43,821 nt of DNA, from contig JAVZDR010000002.1 of NCBI GenBank assembly GCA_038873795.1, positions 1-43,821 of the forward strand, given 5' to 3'. The first letter of the stretch is position 1. Each line of letters begins with the position of its first letter. Both the position numbers and the translations under genes were made by a program. The stretch comes from Candidatus Micrarchaeaceae archaeon. GTDB lineage: Archaea; Micrarchaeota; Micrarchaeia; Micrarchaeales; CABMGC01. Positions 18,618-28,278 of the stretch are shown here, piece after piece. The notes below the pieces were generated by a model. That model worked only from the letters and a program-made list of their open reading frames with translations, had not been told where the DNA came from and ran no database searches.

Positions 18618-18626
18618 GCATACCAT

Positions 18627-19508
18627 ATGCTGCGCAAATACTCTATAGATTCGCTAATAGATGAGAACAACCTGCCAAAATGGCTTAAGGGTTATGCGCT
18701 GACCTATCTGCGCAAAGATCCAATAAATATGCTATCAAAAGCTGTGGGTTTCGTATTTTTTGGCAGGAAGCACGGCCATTTTGATGAAAAGTATGTATAT
18801 CTTCCAAACAAGGCAAAATTCAGAATAAAAGATGTAGCGTATGTAACAATGCTTTTCAGGTATGGTGAAAAGAGGCTTGCGGAGATCACGGGCAGATGGT
18901 CGAAAAATGTAAACACCGCCGACCCATACATAAGTCACTTTATGAAAATGTCTTCAATTTATGCAAAGCATGTGATGGCCCTCAACAGCATGCTTGCTGG
19001 TCTAGGCGCAGACACGGAATTCGAGCCAAACAAGGCTGTGTCAGACGTATTCGACTATATAGAAAAGATAAACCTGAATTACGGCAGGATACTTGCTATC
19101 GATCTGATCCTCCGCTACTCCTATGCCAAAACCTTTGGTTTTGCATTCTACAGAACTTTCTATCCTGTTTCCCCTGAGTTCATGCGCGGCATAGGCAAGG
19201 TATTCGCTTCTGATACTGCGGAAAGTCTACACGGCGAGCAGGAAGCCATAAGGATGCTTGACGCAAGGCTGATAGAGAGCGAATACTTGCTTGGGATTAC
19301 GCGGGAACTTCTGAAGAGAGTATGCATCTCCATAAATTCTACTATGCCTGTAGCAAAACGGATGCATATCGAGAATGAAATACTCTTCCTGAGGGACGTA
19401 TCAATAGCGTACCCACTGCACATAATGAGTGAACATGGCATAATTGAGCAGCCAGACGAAGAAGCAAAAGCCATAATCTCAGAATCTGCAAAAAATGAAG
19501 GGGGATAA
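18627..19508 (+). CDS. Hypothetical protein, possible ferritin-like fold
   Basis: Helical; YGE, YAKH and ESLH at ferritin-like spacing with an incomplete ligand set. Confidence 0.55.
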   Translation: MLRKYSIDSLIDENNLPKWLKGYALTYLRKDPINMLSKAVGFVFFGRKHGHFDEKYVYLPNKAKFRIKDVAYVTMLFRYGEKRLAEITGRWSKNVNTADPYISHFMKMSSIYAKHVMALNSMLAGLGADTEFEPNKAVSDVFDYIEKINLNYGRILAIDLILRYSYAKTFGFAFYRTFYPVSPEFMRGIGKVFASDTAESLHGEQEAIRMLDARLIESEYLLGITRELLKRVCISINSTMPVAKRMHIENEILFLRDVSIAYPLHIMSEHGIIEQPDEEAKAIISESAKNEGG

Positions 19509-19566
19509 ACCTCAAAAGCGAAAGAATTTAAATATGTTATTACGTCCCTTTTCTACAGTGGTAAAA

Positions 19567-21345
19567 ATGAGAGCAGAAAGCCAGGGCCTTAACCCAAATG
19601 ACGTTATAAAAGAGGAAACCTTACACAAAGGTGAGCATGAACTGCAGCTTGGGGTCAAGGATGCTCGACCTCAGAGGCAGGAGGACTCAAAGGTGCTCGC
19701 TCCGTATCACAGGACCCTGGAAGAGATAACCAAGATGCCTGTGCTGGGCAGGACAAAGACTGTCTGCCCAGAGTGCAAACTGATAATTGATGGCATCATA
19801 TACAGAGACGGAGACAACGTGATGATAAGGAAGCAATGTCCTGAACACGGGCTTTTTGTTGAAAAGTATTGGGAAGACTATGAGATGTACACAAAAATGG
19901 AAAGTTCTAACTACTATGGCCATGGAATATCTAACCCCAATTATCCTACGCAGGGTGAAAACTGCCCATTCGATTGTGGACTTTGCAGCAGGCACCACTC
20001 ACATACCGCTTTGGCCAATGTTGTCGTTACTAACAGGTGCCATCTGAGCTGCTGGTACTGCTTCTTCTATGCGAAGGAGGGCGAGCCCATATACGAGCCA
20101 TCTATCGAACAGCTTGATGCTATGTTCAAGAATCTGAGGAACCAGAAACCTGTTGCAGCAAATGCGCTTCAGATAACAGGTGGCGAGCCAACAATGAGGG
20201 AAGACATAGTAGAGATAGTGAGGCACGCCAAGCAGGCAGGCTTCGATCAGATTCAGCTAAACACGACAGGCATAAATCTCGGAGCTAATCCAGATCTTGC
20301 TGTGAAACTGCGTGAGGCAGGTGTGAGCACACTATACATGAGCTGCGACGGTGTTTCAAAAAAAGCAAATCCCAAGAATCACTGGGAGATACCTTCAATA
20401 CTCAACGCGGCGCGGAAGGCAGGAATAGGCGTCGTTTTTGTGCCGACTGTGATAAGAACCGTCAATGACCAAGAGCTCGGCAAGTTGATAAACTTTGCAC
20501 TCAACAACATTGACATAGTAAGGGCTGTAAACTTCCAGCCAGTCTCGCTTGTGGGGAGAATGCCAAAAGGGCAGAGGGAAAAGCAGAGAATCACCATACC
20601 GGGTGCCATAAAGCTCATAGAAGAGCAGACAGGCGGCGCTATAAAGAAGGAGGACTGGTTTTCTGTGCCTTATATAGGAGGCATAAGCAAGTTCGTAGAG
20701 TCCCTCACAGGCAATTTCCAGTATGACCTCTCCATACACTTCGCATGCGGCGCAGGAACTTATCTCTTCCTCGACGAGAATAACAAGGTCATACCACTAC
20801 CAAGATTCGTGGATGTAGAGGGACTTTTGAGGCATCTGACCGATGCTGCCAACAGAATGCAGGGAAAAAGCAAGACTATGAGAAAGCTCATAGCGCTCAA
20901 GGCCATCGCATCGATAAGTAAGTTTGTTGACAAAGAGAAGATGCCAAAGAACCTCAATTTTATCAAGCTGCTTAGCGCCATACTGATAAACCACGACTTC
21001 GGTTCTCTAGGCAAGTTCCATGTTAAGTCGCTGTTTCTTGGGATGATGCACTTCCAGGACGAGTATACATATGACATAGAAAGGGTAGAGAAATGCGACA
21101 TACACTATGCTATGCCTGATGGTGAAGTGCTTCCATTCTGCACATTCAATGTTTTTCCTGAGATATACAGGGACAAAATACAGAGGCAATACAGCATATC
21201 AAGCGAGGAATGGCAGAAGAAGCATCCTGAGTGGAGCTACAGGAGCGACAAGTATGTAAGAGATATTAAGAAACTTGAAGCTTCGCCAGAGTATATTAAA
21301 ACTTATGGCCAGATAAAAGACTTTTTTGCAAAAAGCGGTGAGTAA
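19567..21345 (+). CDS. tes: Tetraether lipid synthase (Tes / GDGT-MAS, MJ0619 family) radical SAM enzyme
   Basis: CPEC...CPEHG rubredoxin site, CPFDCGLC..H, TNRCHLSCWYCF, GGEPT, NFQPVS..GR, RITIP, HFACG, MHFQD, CDIHY, PFCTFN. Confidence 0.9.
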   Translation: MRAESQGLNPNDVIKEETLHKGEHELQLGVKDARPQRQEDSKVLAPYHRTLEEITKMPVLGRTKTVCPECKLIIDGIIYRDGDNVMIRKQCPEHGLFVEKYWEDYEMYTKMESSNYYGHGISNPNYPTQGENCPFDCGLCSRHHSHTALANVVVTNRCHLSCWYCFFYAKEGEPIYEPSIEQLDAMFKNLRNQKPVAANALQITGGEPTMREDIVEIVRHAKQAGFDQIQLNTTGINLGANPDLAVKLREAGVSTLYMSCDGVSKKANPKNHWEIPSILNAARKAGIGVVFVPTVIRTVNDQELGKLINFALNNIDIVRAVNFQPVSLVGRMPKGQREKQRITIPGAIKLIEEQTGGAIKKEDWFSVPYIGGISKFVESLTGNFQYDLSIHFACGAGTYLFLDENNKVIPLPRFVDVEGLLRHLTDAANRMQGKSKTMRKLIALKAIASISKFVDKEKMPKNLNFIKLLSAILINHDFGSLGKFHVKSLFLGMMHFQDEYTYDIERVEKCDIHYAMPDGEVLPFCTFNVFPEIYRDKIQRQYSISSEEWQKKHPEWSYRSDKYVRDIKKLEASPEYIKTYGQIKDFFAKSGE

Positions 21346-21708
21346 ATGTCATCCCCATATTCAAAGATTAGGTATGCTGTGCTCGACGTTGAGAAGTCCA
21401 CGCTCATAGACCTGCCACATTCTGCCAGGCTCCAGTACAGGTTGCTTCTCAATGATGCGGTGATAAAGGCCAAAGTGTCGTATGCCAAATCCAGGATAGA
21501 AATATACTATAATCCAGATGGCGCAGCAAATAAAATGCCCAAAATCAGCCTTGATAAGATAGTGGAGATTCTAGGCAAAGAAGGCGTTAAAATAACAAAG
21601 AGGCACGATGAGGAAGTGGACTATGCCGAGAAGCTTTACAACTACGCATTCAACCCTCCTGAGATAAAGCATCCAACACCGTATGGCTGGGAGGGTAAGC
21701 GCCGATAG
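21346..21708 (+). CDS. Small HMA/ferredoxin-like fold protein lacking CxxC
   Basis: AVIKAKVSY...IEIYYNP...ISLDKIVEILGKEG resembles the CopZ/HMA C-terminal half; ATG abuts the tes stop. Confidence 0.6.
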   Translation: MSSPYSKIRYAVLDVEKSTLIDLPHSARLQYRLLLNDAVIKAKVSYAKSRIEIYYNPDGAANKMPKISLDKIVEILGKEGVKITKRHDEEVDYAEKLYNYAFNPPEIKHPTPYGWEGKRR

Positions 21709-23083
21709 TATCTACAATAAGCTTTATCGTCCTGCTTTTTTCGCTTTCATCCTTTAGTTTTATGCTTACAGCTTCTTTGTGGCCGCCACTGCTCTCTATG
21801 TTGCTTGAATTCTTCTTGACCTTCTCTACCAGCTTAAGAAGGTCGATCCCTTTCGCATTAGTGCTTGACCTGAGCGATATGTACGGGCCGAAGTGTAGTG
21901 CAAGTATGCACGGCCTGCTACTAAGCTCCGAGATCCTGGCAAGAAGCTTTGAAGCGAATCTGCCAGGAAGTGGATATCTTGAAGCGGCATCGCCGCGCAC
22001 CTTTTCAAAGTCAAGCACATACACATCAGCATTTTTTGTGCTGTAGTTCCTTGCGCGCTTAAGCGAAATATCGAAAAGTTCGCTCATTCTGCTTTTTGCG
22101 AAATTCAGCAGCTCTTCAAACTTGGTTTTATCATTCACTATATTATCTATTTCATTAGGCGTAAGGTTTGTGCCTCCGCTTGACGTCGCCAACCTCTTAT
22201 CGCTTGTAATCATGTCCAGCACCTCGGAGAGCCTGCTGCCACAGTTCTCCTTTCTGTAAAATGTGCTGTAATCCCCATAAAGCGATGCATGCTCTATGCA
22301 CCTCATATCTAGGTTTGAGAAGCTTTTTGCAAATTCGCATGCAAGGAAACCGGCTGTATAGTTGGAGTCGCCACCAAACAGCCATGGGCTGATGTAATGT
22401 TCGATCTTTTTGAAGCCATCAACAATAGGATGATGGTCAAGCCATATTATGTCAAAGTATTTCTCGGCTAGCGCAATCCCCTCATTGCTTTCTCTGGTAG
22501 TACCAAAGTCCATCAATAAAAGCAGGGGCTTGCTCAGCGTCTTGTACGACCTTATAAGCATTATGTCCTCTAATGCATCGCCCCTACTGTAGCTGACGCC
22601 AGGGTGCATCCTCCAAGAAATCTGCAGCATATCTCCAGCATGCTCACCCTTTTGCAATTCTTTCAGTGCGAGGTAAATGCCATACGCTCCGCTCGCACCA
22701 TCGGAATCGTTGTGAAAACGCACAACTGCTGGCGTTGCCAGGAATATCTTCGTGAGCATAAGGCTAGCTGCAGATTTAATGCTTTTTTGCATCTTCTCTG
22801 TCAAGGAATCCAATTCCTTTATTCCAGATTTTTTGGGAGAGTGGATGTATGATTTTGCGACCTTCAAAGCAGATTTCTCGTATTTGCTTGCATTGCCCAG
22901 ATTGCCAATGATCCTAGCCACGCTTTGCCCAGCCTGATCCAATTCAACTTCATCGCCAACTTCTATTGATAAACCGCTTGAGACTCTAACTATGCGGTGG
23001 TCGCTGCCAGCAGTGATCACAGAGTAGACATTTCTCCTGGGATCCGCTGAAAGTCTTATGCACGAAACCAATCCGCGCTGCAA
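21650..23083 (-). CDS. DHH-family phosphoesterase (RecJ-like)
   Basis: HNDSDG, LMDFGT, WLDHH, SLR, SGGH..A; TTG start. Confidence 0.88.
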   Translation of the reverse strand: MQRGLVSCIRLSADPRRNVYSVITAGSDHRIVRVSSGLSIEVGDEVELDQAGQSVARIIGNLGNASKYEKSALKVAKSYIHSPKKSGIKELDSLTEKMQKSIKSAASLMLTKIFLATPAVVRFHNDSDGASGAYGIYLALKELQKGEHAGDMLQISWRMHPGVSYSRGDALEDIMLIRSYKTLSKPLLLLMDFGTTRESNEGIALAEKYFDIIWLDHHPIVDGFKKIEHYISPWLFGGDSNYTAGFLACEFAKSFSNLDMRCIEHASLYGDYSTFYRKENCGSRLSEVLDMITSDKRLATSSGGTNLTPNEIDNIVNDKTKFEELLNFAKSRMSELFDISLKRARNYSTKNADVYVLDFEKVRGDAASRYPLPGRFASKLLARISELSSRPCILALHFGPYISLRSSTNAKGIDLLKLVEKVKKNSSNIESSGGHKEAVSIKLKDESEKSRTIKLIVDTIGAYPPSHTVLDALSQEG

Positions 23084-23087
23084 AAAA

Positions 23088-24155
23088 TCAACCAGTCACA
23101 TTGAGTGATACTTTTTCGATACATGCACTATTAGCAGTTGCATTTTTTATGAATCCGCAATACGATGTATTTTTGTACTGGACCGCGAATGCCGTATAGC
23201 ACTCATAGGATGTAACTGGTGGGAGATTCCCGCATGCAGTCACATTTTTCGAGGCCACAGCGCTTATCAGCCCTGAGAGTAAGTTGCACTGCTCGCTGTT
23301 CAGTCCGAGCTTTGTACAGATTGTGGAATTAAACGCATTGCTTAGGCTTACGTTGCTGGGCTTAGGTATTGTGACAAGGCTATTGCAAAGTTGCCTCGCC
23401 TCATCTGGCGATATGGTGTTGCATACTGACGTGTTTTTCAACATCACTGCAACATAGGTAACGCACATATCTCTGGCTGATATGCCAAAAGTGCTAATTG
23501 AGGCATAGTTTTTCAGTGCTGCAAGTGACGCATTGCTTACAAAAGAGGAGGCATATTTGTCCTTAAGGAATATCGAGTCTATCACTGACGGGTCTGTAGT
23601 GTTTGCGACATTTGTGCAGAACGATGCATTTAAGGTTTCCTGAGCCCTGCCTAGGTAAATAGCTGACTCACAGATTTCGCCATTTGTAGAGTTATATAAC
23701 ATGCTGCAAAGCGTGGCGTTCCCGTTTTTTATCGCAACGTTGGATATGCAGCTATCCCTCTCTGCGCCGGTGAGTGCTCCGCAAATAGCATAGTCTCCAG
23801 TGCTGTTGGCCACTTTCTCAAAGCAGCTACTCCCCAATGTACTGCTAATGTTGTAAGCCTTGTAGCAGAGCAGAGAGCTACTGCTGTTTATGGCCAGACC
23901 ATAATAGCATTCCGCCTCATAACTTCTAGGCAGGTATGTGCAGAGCGAGGCATTGCCGCTGCTCAACGAGAGTGCCATTATGCAGGAATACCTATTCTGC
24001 AGGCTTATTATGCCAAGGCAACGCTGCAACGGCGTCCCCCTCGGCACAGCCAAAAAGGAAAGAAGTGCAATAAGTATGGCGATTATAACTAGGGAAATAT
24101 ATAGCTTCATCTTGCTTCTGGCCTTTTCCTCTTCCACCAGCGGTTTTTCCCGCAT
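23088..24155 (-). CDS. Membrane-anchored Cys-rich repeat surface protein
   Basis: N-terminal TM helix; repeated C-x8-11-C...A....N...C units. Confidence 0.8.
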   Translation of the reverse strand: MREKPLVEEEKARSKMKLYISLVIIAILIALLSFLAVPRGTPLQRCLGIISLQNRYSCIMALSLSSGNASLCTYLPRSYEAECYYGLAINSSSSLLCYKAYNISSTLGSSCFEKVANSTGDYAICGALTGAERDSCISNVAIKNGNATLCSMLYNSTNGEICESAIYLGRAQETLNASFCTNVANTTDPSVIDSIFLKDKYASSFVSNASLAALKNYASISTFGISARDMCVTYVAVMLKNTSVCNTISPDEARQLCNSLVTIPKPSNVSLSNAFNSTICTKLGLNSEQCNLLSGLISAVASKNVTACGNLPPVTSYECYTAFAVQYKNTSYCGFIKNATANSACIEKVSLNVTG

Positions 24156-24163
24156 TAAACCAT

Positions 24164-24901
24164 TTACGATTCATCTGCCACTCCGGCGGCGAAGATCCTG
24201 AATCCGGAAGGCGTTATCTCATATGGCGTAGTCGCAGAACTGTGGTTTGATCCGCGCATCTTTATGACTTCTATAGCGGCTATCCTTTTATCCTCGACAC
24301 CGCTCTGATACATTGCTATTATGCCATCATAGACGAAGAATTCTGGTCTGAACTCTAATTTGCTCCTCTCAAGAGTGTTCATTTCCATTGTAAGCAAGGA
24401 GGTGACGCGGAGCCGCTTTAGGTTTGAAACAAGCGCCAATGATGAGCGCCTGAACATGAGCGGATCCATTACAAGCATGTCAAAAAGCGAAAGCGAGTCT
24501 ATCACGATCGCATTTGCCCCTGCAGCGGCTATTGTCGCTTCTATTTCAGAGATTATTTTTCCGAATTCATAATTTTGGGAATTTGAGTCGGCGATGCTTA
24601 GCTTGCTGACAAGTTCTTCACCGTTAATTATAAGCCTTTTATTCTCTATCAGCGTGTCTATGTCAGTAAAATCCGTGAATGCCGCCTTAGCGTTTTCTAT
24701 TATATTAGAAGGAGTTTCCTCAAGAGCAAAGAATATTGAAGTATTCCCTGCTTTTGCATTTCTATAAAGAAATTCAAAGGAGAGAAGGGTTTTTCCTGTA
24801 CCAGGCCCCCCAGAGAGGATCACCTGCGCACCTTCGGGTATGCCGCCATAGAGCATTGCATCTAGGCCTTCTATTCCTGTCTTCATCTTGTTTATCATCA
24901 A
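24164..24901 (-). CDS. Single-domain KaiC/RAD55-family RecA-like ATPase
   Basis: TGIEGLD.ML.GG.P, GGPGTGKT, LEE, IVIDS, DGII, KMRG. Confidence 0.92.
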   Translation of the reverse strand: MMINKMKTGIEGLDAMLYGGIPEGAQVILSGGPGTGKTLLSFEFLYRNAKAGNTSIFFALEETPSNIIENAKAAFTDFTDIDTLIENKRLIINGEELVSKLSIADSNSQNYEFGKIISEIEATIAAAGANAIVIDSLSLFDMLVMDPLMFRRSSLALVSNLKRLRVTSLLTMEMNTLERSKLEFRPEFFVYDGIIAMYQSGVEDKRIAAIEVIKMRGSNHSSATTPYEITPSGFRIFAAGVADES

Positions 24902-25295
24902 ACCACATCAACAGGATTTATTCAAGATACAATTATTATTCACGCTGGTTATATTTATTTATCTTTTGGTTTCTTTCTGACCCTAAACATCTGTAAACAG
25001 CACGCATATTCAGCAGAGCTTTATCCGTCTTAATGCCTTAGGCAAAGTTATCTTCTTCTCAGCCACATCCTCAGAAAGGCTTTGTATCCCATCAGAATCA
25101 ATCCATAAAGAGGGTAGCAACATGTATTTTCGTGCCTCATTGCGAACTTGTTGGAATACGTGATGTGACGGCCTTGTATTTGCAAGGTGATTATATATAA
25201 TGTCAACTCCCTAAAAGCCTGTTGCACAGAAAGGGATATAAACCTAAACTGAAGATATTCATCGGCATTGGCAGCTTGAATTAATCTGTGTTTTC

Positions 25296-25973
25296 ATGAA
25301 CAAGAAACTTCTTTATATAGGCATCATTCTTGTTGTCGTAGGAATCGTGATCTCGCTAATGCTTCCAACCACTCTATCGCCGAACATTGGAAAGATCTCA
25401 ATAGCGCCATTAGGCTATGTATATGTGCCCATCACAATAAATGAGACGGGTGCAACCCTTGTGGTAGAGTATCTTGCGAGCAACCTTACCAATTTCTACC
25501 TCGCAAACTCCTCCGGTTTCGCAGCTCTTAGCAACTTGATGACCACGAATTACAGCATACTGCCCGAGGCAAAGCGGCTTCTTGGCAATGGCGTAATTGC
25601 AATAATCGCAAATTCGACATCAGGCATATTCCCAAGCTCAAGCAACCTCAATTCTACAAACCAGGCTTCGATAGCGTCAATGGCTCCAGGAAGATACTAC
25701 CTCATTTACGAAAATCTCAAGAATAAGACTATACAACTTGCATATACATACAAGGCCTTAAACAGCGTCTCAGAGATCTCGATTTTTGCATCAGGCCTCG
25801 CATCAACGATACTTTTCATAGCAGGGATAATAATACTCATCCTGGCATTTATAATAAAACCAAAGGCGAAGGCTGTTCCTGACCGGAAGAGTGCTCAGAC
25901 TCAAATGGAAGCAGAGATAGATGCACTTTACAAGAGGATCGAGAAAGGCAAGAAGGGCAGCAACGGCAAATGA
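25296..25973 (+). CDS. Membrane protein (N- and C-terminal TM helices)
   Basis: Two hydrophobic segments flanking a sequon-rich ectodomain; basic tail. Confidence 0.75.
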   Translation: MNKKLLYIGIILVVVGIVISLMLPTTLSPNIGKISIAPLGYVYVPITINETGATLVVEYLASNLTNFYLANSSGFAALSNLMTTNYSILPEAKRLLGNGVIAIIANSTSGIFPSSSNLNSTNQASIASMAPGRYYLIYENLKNKTIQLAYTYKALNSVSEISIFASGLASTILFIAGIIILILAFIIKPKAKAVPDRKSAQTQMEAEIDALYKRIEKGKKGSNGK

Positions 25974-26046
25974 CTTACGCAATTGCAGATTATCAAAGGC
26001 CTGTTCGTCAATAAGTTAATAAATCTTTATGCAAATAATTGATATC

Positions 26047-26745
26047 ATGAACAGCTTGAATGAGATAATAGCAGGGGAAATAACGCTCTCGGAGAATCCT
26101 GGAGGCACTATGAAGAAGTGGCGGGAGCTCTTCAACATCAGCCAGATAGAGCTTGCAAAATACCTCAAGCTCTCTGCTTCTACGATAAGCGACTATGAGA
26201 GCAACAGAAGGCAGAGCCCCGGAGTGAATGTGGTGAAGAGGCTTGTCACCGCGCTTGTTGAGATAGACGCCCAGAAGGGCGGCTCAGTCACTAAGAACCT
26301 AGAGAAGCTGGTTGCACCACAGAACCAGGAATCTGAGCAAGCACCATATAAGATACACGACTTTTCTGCCCCGCTTACAGGAATAGACTTTGCAAGGATA
26401 ATAGATGCAAAGATCATTGCAAACCCCAATTACCTTGATCCAATCAAAATATTCGGCTACACCATATTGGATAGCCTAAGGGTGATTGTGGAATTGCCAA
26501 TTAGCGATTATCCAAAGCTCTTCGGCTCTACCACCGAGAGGGTCTTCATATTTGACCAAGTGAGCACGGGAAGATCGCCGATGGTTGTGATAAGGGTCGC
26601 GCCGATCAAGCCGAGAATAGTGACAATGTGCAACCTCGACTCTGTTGACAAGCTTGCAATAAAGATCGCACAGGTGGAGAAGATCCCCCTGCTTACAACA
26701 AAGCTCAGCGTAGCAGAAATAGAGGAAAGGCTGAGCAAGGTCTAG
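26047..26745 (+). CDS. XRE-type HTH regulator (archaeal COG1709-like)
   Basis: IAGEITLS.NPG.TMKKWRE.F.ISQ.ELA...ISDYE..RR.SPG; STGRSPMV. Confidence 0.85.
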   Translation: MNSLNEIIAGEITLSENPGGTMKKWRELFNISQIELAKYLKLSASTISDYESNRRQSPGVNVVKRLVTALVEIDAQKGGSVTKNLEKLVAPQNQESEQAPYKIHDFSAPLTGIDFARIIDAKIIANPNYLDPIKIFGYTILDSLRVIVELPISDYPKLFGSTTERVFIFDQVSTGRSPMVVIRVAPIKPRIVTMCNLDSVDKLAIKIAQVEKIPLLTTKLSVAEIEERLSKV

Positions 26746-26750
26746 CTAGC

Positions 26751-27170
26751 CTAGGCAGAGATTATCCTCGATATCCTAGAAAGCCTATGGCCTTCGGCCT
26801 TCAGCTCTATCTCATAGAAAATCCCGAAGGCAAGCTTGTATACCTCGAAATTCCTCTCCTTAAGCTTTGCATATAGGCTGTTCAGCATTTTGCTCGCATC
26901 CTGCGTGTTGGCGAGGTCGCCGAAGAGGTGCGCAAAAGGGTTGAGGACAATTGTGCGAAGGCCCAGGGTTGCGCATATCCTGAGTAGCTCATTTGCGGTC
27001 CTGTCGACAATCTCAACAGGGTTTGAGGTATCTGATTTCTCAAAGCTTATGAAAACCAAAAGGGCGTTCTCCACGCTGAGCTCGCTGGCTTCTTCAATGA
27101 GATCCGAGCGGCCTTTTTCCTTTGGGTAAGCCCTGAAATATTTCACATGCCATGCCATGAACCTTGCCGT
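26751..27170 (-). CDS. Stand-alone archaeal threonyl-tRNA synthetase editing domain; start uncertain (ACG 27170, ATG 27158 or TTG 27227)
   Basis: RFMAWHVKYF, NALLVFISFEKSD, PFAHL, FG.FY...L...GH. Confidence 0.85.
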   Translation of the reverse strand, partial: TARFMAWHVKYFRAYPKEKGRSDLIEEASELSVENALLVFISFEKSDTSNPVEIVDRTANELLRICATLGLRTIVLNPFAHLFGDLANTQDASKMLNSLYAKLKERNFEVYKLAFGIFYEIELKAEGHRLSRISRIISA

Positions 27171-27297
27171 GATACCACTTGCAATTGCCTTGCGCTGTAG
27201 TCTGCGCAGCTGCTTGGAAATCCCCAAACCTTTCCAAACCGCCGGCAGCTAGATTCTTGCCATTGGTTTTTGGCCCAATCGCACAGTCTGCCCATGA

Positions 27298-27368
27298 TGG
27301 AGGCAAGGAGAATCGAACTCCTGCTTGCAGAATGTCAATCTGCCGTCCTACCACTAGACGATGCCTCC
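27298..27368 (-). tRNA. tRNA-Val(GAC), CCA not encoded
   Basis: GGAGGCA/TGCCTCC acceptor stem; GCAGA-TTGACAT-TCTGC anticodon arm; AGGAG-TTCGATT-CTCCT T arm; A73. Confidence 0.9.
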
Positions 27369-27384
27369 TCGTTTATACTTGGTC

Positions 27385-28278
27385 TCAAACAAATATATTA
27401 CTTCCGTCGTGCGCAACTCTCACGTTCCTGAAAACCTTTTTTGCCTCTCTTAGCAGCAGACCCGGCTCAGCATGCCTCGTGCTTATGTGCATCAGCAGAA
27501 GCCTCTTCACTTTCGCCTCCTTTGCCACTTTTGCTGCCTCCTCAGCCGTCGAATGCTTCCTCTCGATTGCAAGCCTTTTTTCATCTTCTGTATAAGTGGC
27601 CTCGTGTATGAGCAGGTCAGCTCCCATTGCGGCCTTGACGGTGGCCTTTGCAGGCCTTGTATCAGACGCATATACTATCTTCTTGCCTTTTTTGATCCAT
27701 GTCACATCCTCAATCCTGATCCTCCTTCCATTGACCATTATGCTCCCCTTTGACTGGAGTTCCGAAAACATCTTGCCCTCTATCCCTAGAGCTCTGCATC
27801 TTTCCTTTATGAATCTTCTCTTATCCAATTCGCTGAATACATACCCATAGGTCTTCACCGTATGGTTCAGCTTGAATGCCTCTATACTGATCTGCTCTTT
27901 CTTCATAACAGTCCCGGCGTTTATGCCATTTATGGCTATTGGAAATGTCACGAGCGCTTTATCGAACGAAGTCAGGCTCCGCACTATGCCTTCAGAGCCC
28001 TTCGGTACGAATATTGCAAGGGGCTTCGACCTGTGATTGAGTGACAATGACCTTATAATACCAGGAAGCCCTATTATGTGGTCGCCATGCACATGGGTTA
28101 TGAAGATTGCCTCGATCTTTGCCATATTCAAGCCATATCTCAGCATCTGCATCTGCGTTCCTTCACCGCAGTCAAATAGGTATATGCTCCCTTCATACGT
28201 AATTGCAACGCTCGGCATGCACCTTGTCTTAGATGGCGTCGATCCTGACGTGCCGAGTACTGTAACTTTTATCAGCAT
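27385..28278 (-). CDS. rnz: Ribonuclease Z
   Basis: LGTSGS.P, DCGEGTQ, THVHGDH, SDT.P, HEATY, HST, HIS.R. Confidence 0.96.
   Translation of the reverse strand: MLIKVTVLGTSGSTPSKTRCMPSVAITYEGSIYLFDCGEGTQMQMLRYGLNMAKIEAIFITHVHGDHIIGLPGIIRSLSLNHRSKPLAIFVPKGSEGIVRSLTSFDKALVTFPIAINGINAGTVMKKEQISIEAFKLNHTVKTYGYVFSELDKRRFIKERCRALGIEGKMFSELQSKGSIMVNGRRIRIEDVTWIKKGKKIVYASDTRPAKATVKAAMGADLLIHEATYTEDEKRLAIERKHSTAEEAAKVAKEAKVKRLLLMHISTRHAEPGLLLREAKKVFRNVRVAHDGSNIFV

Noticed and set aside
24902..25295. ~390-nt intergenic region with a 37-aa minus ORF (start 25123) and GTCAACTCCCTAAAAGCC, faintly IS-end-like
   Set aside because: No SD, palindrome, tRNA fold or C/D boxes that I can support; consistent with divergent promoters
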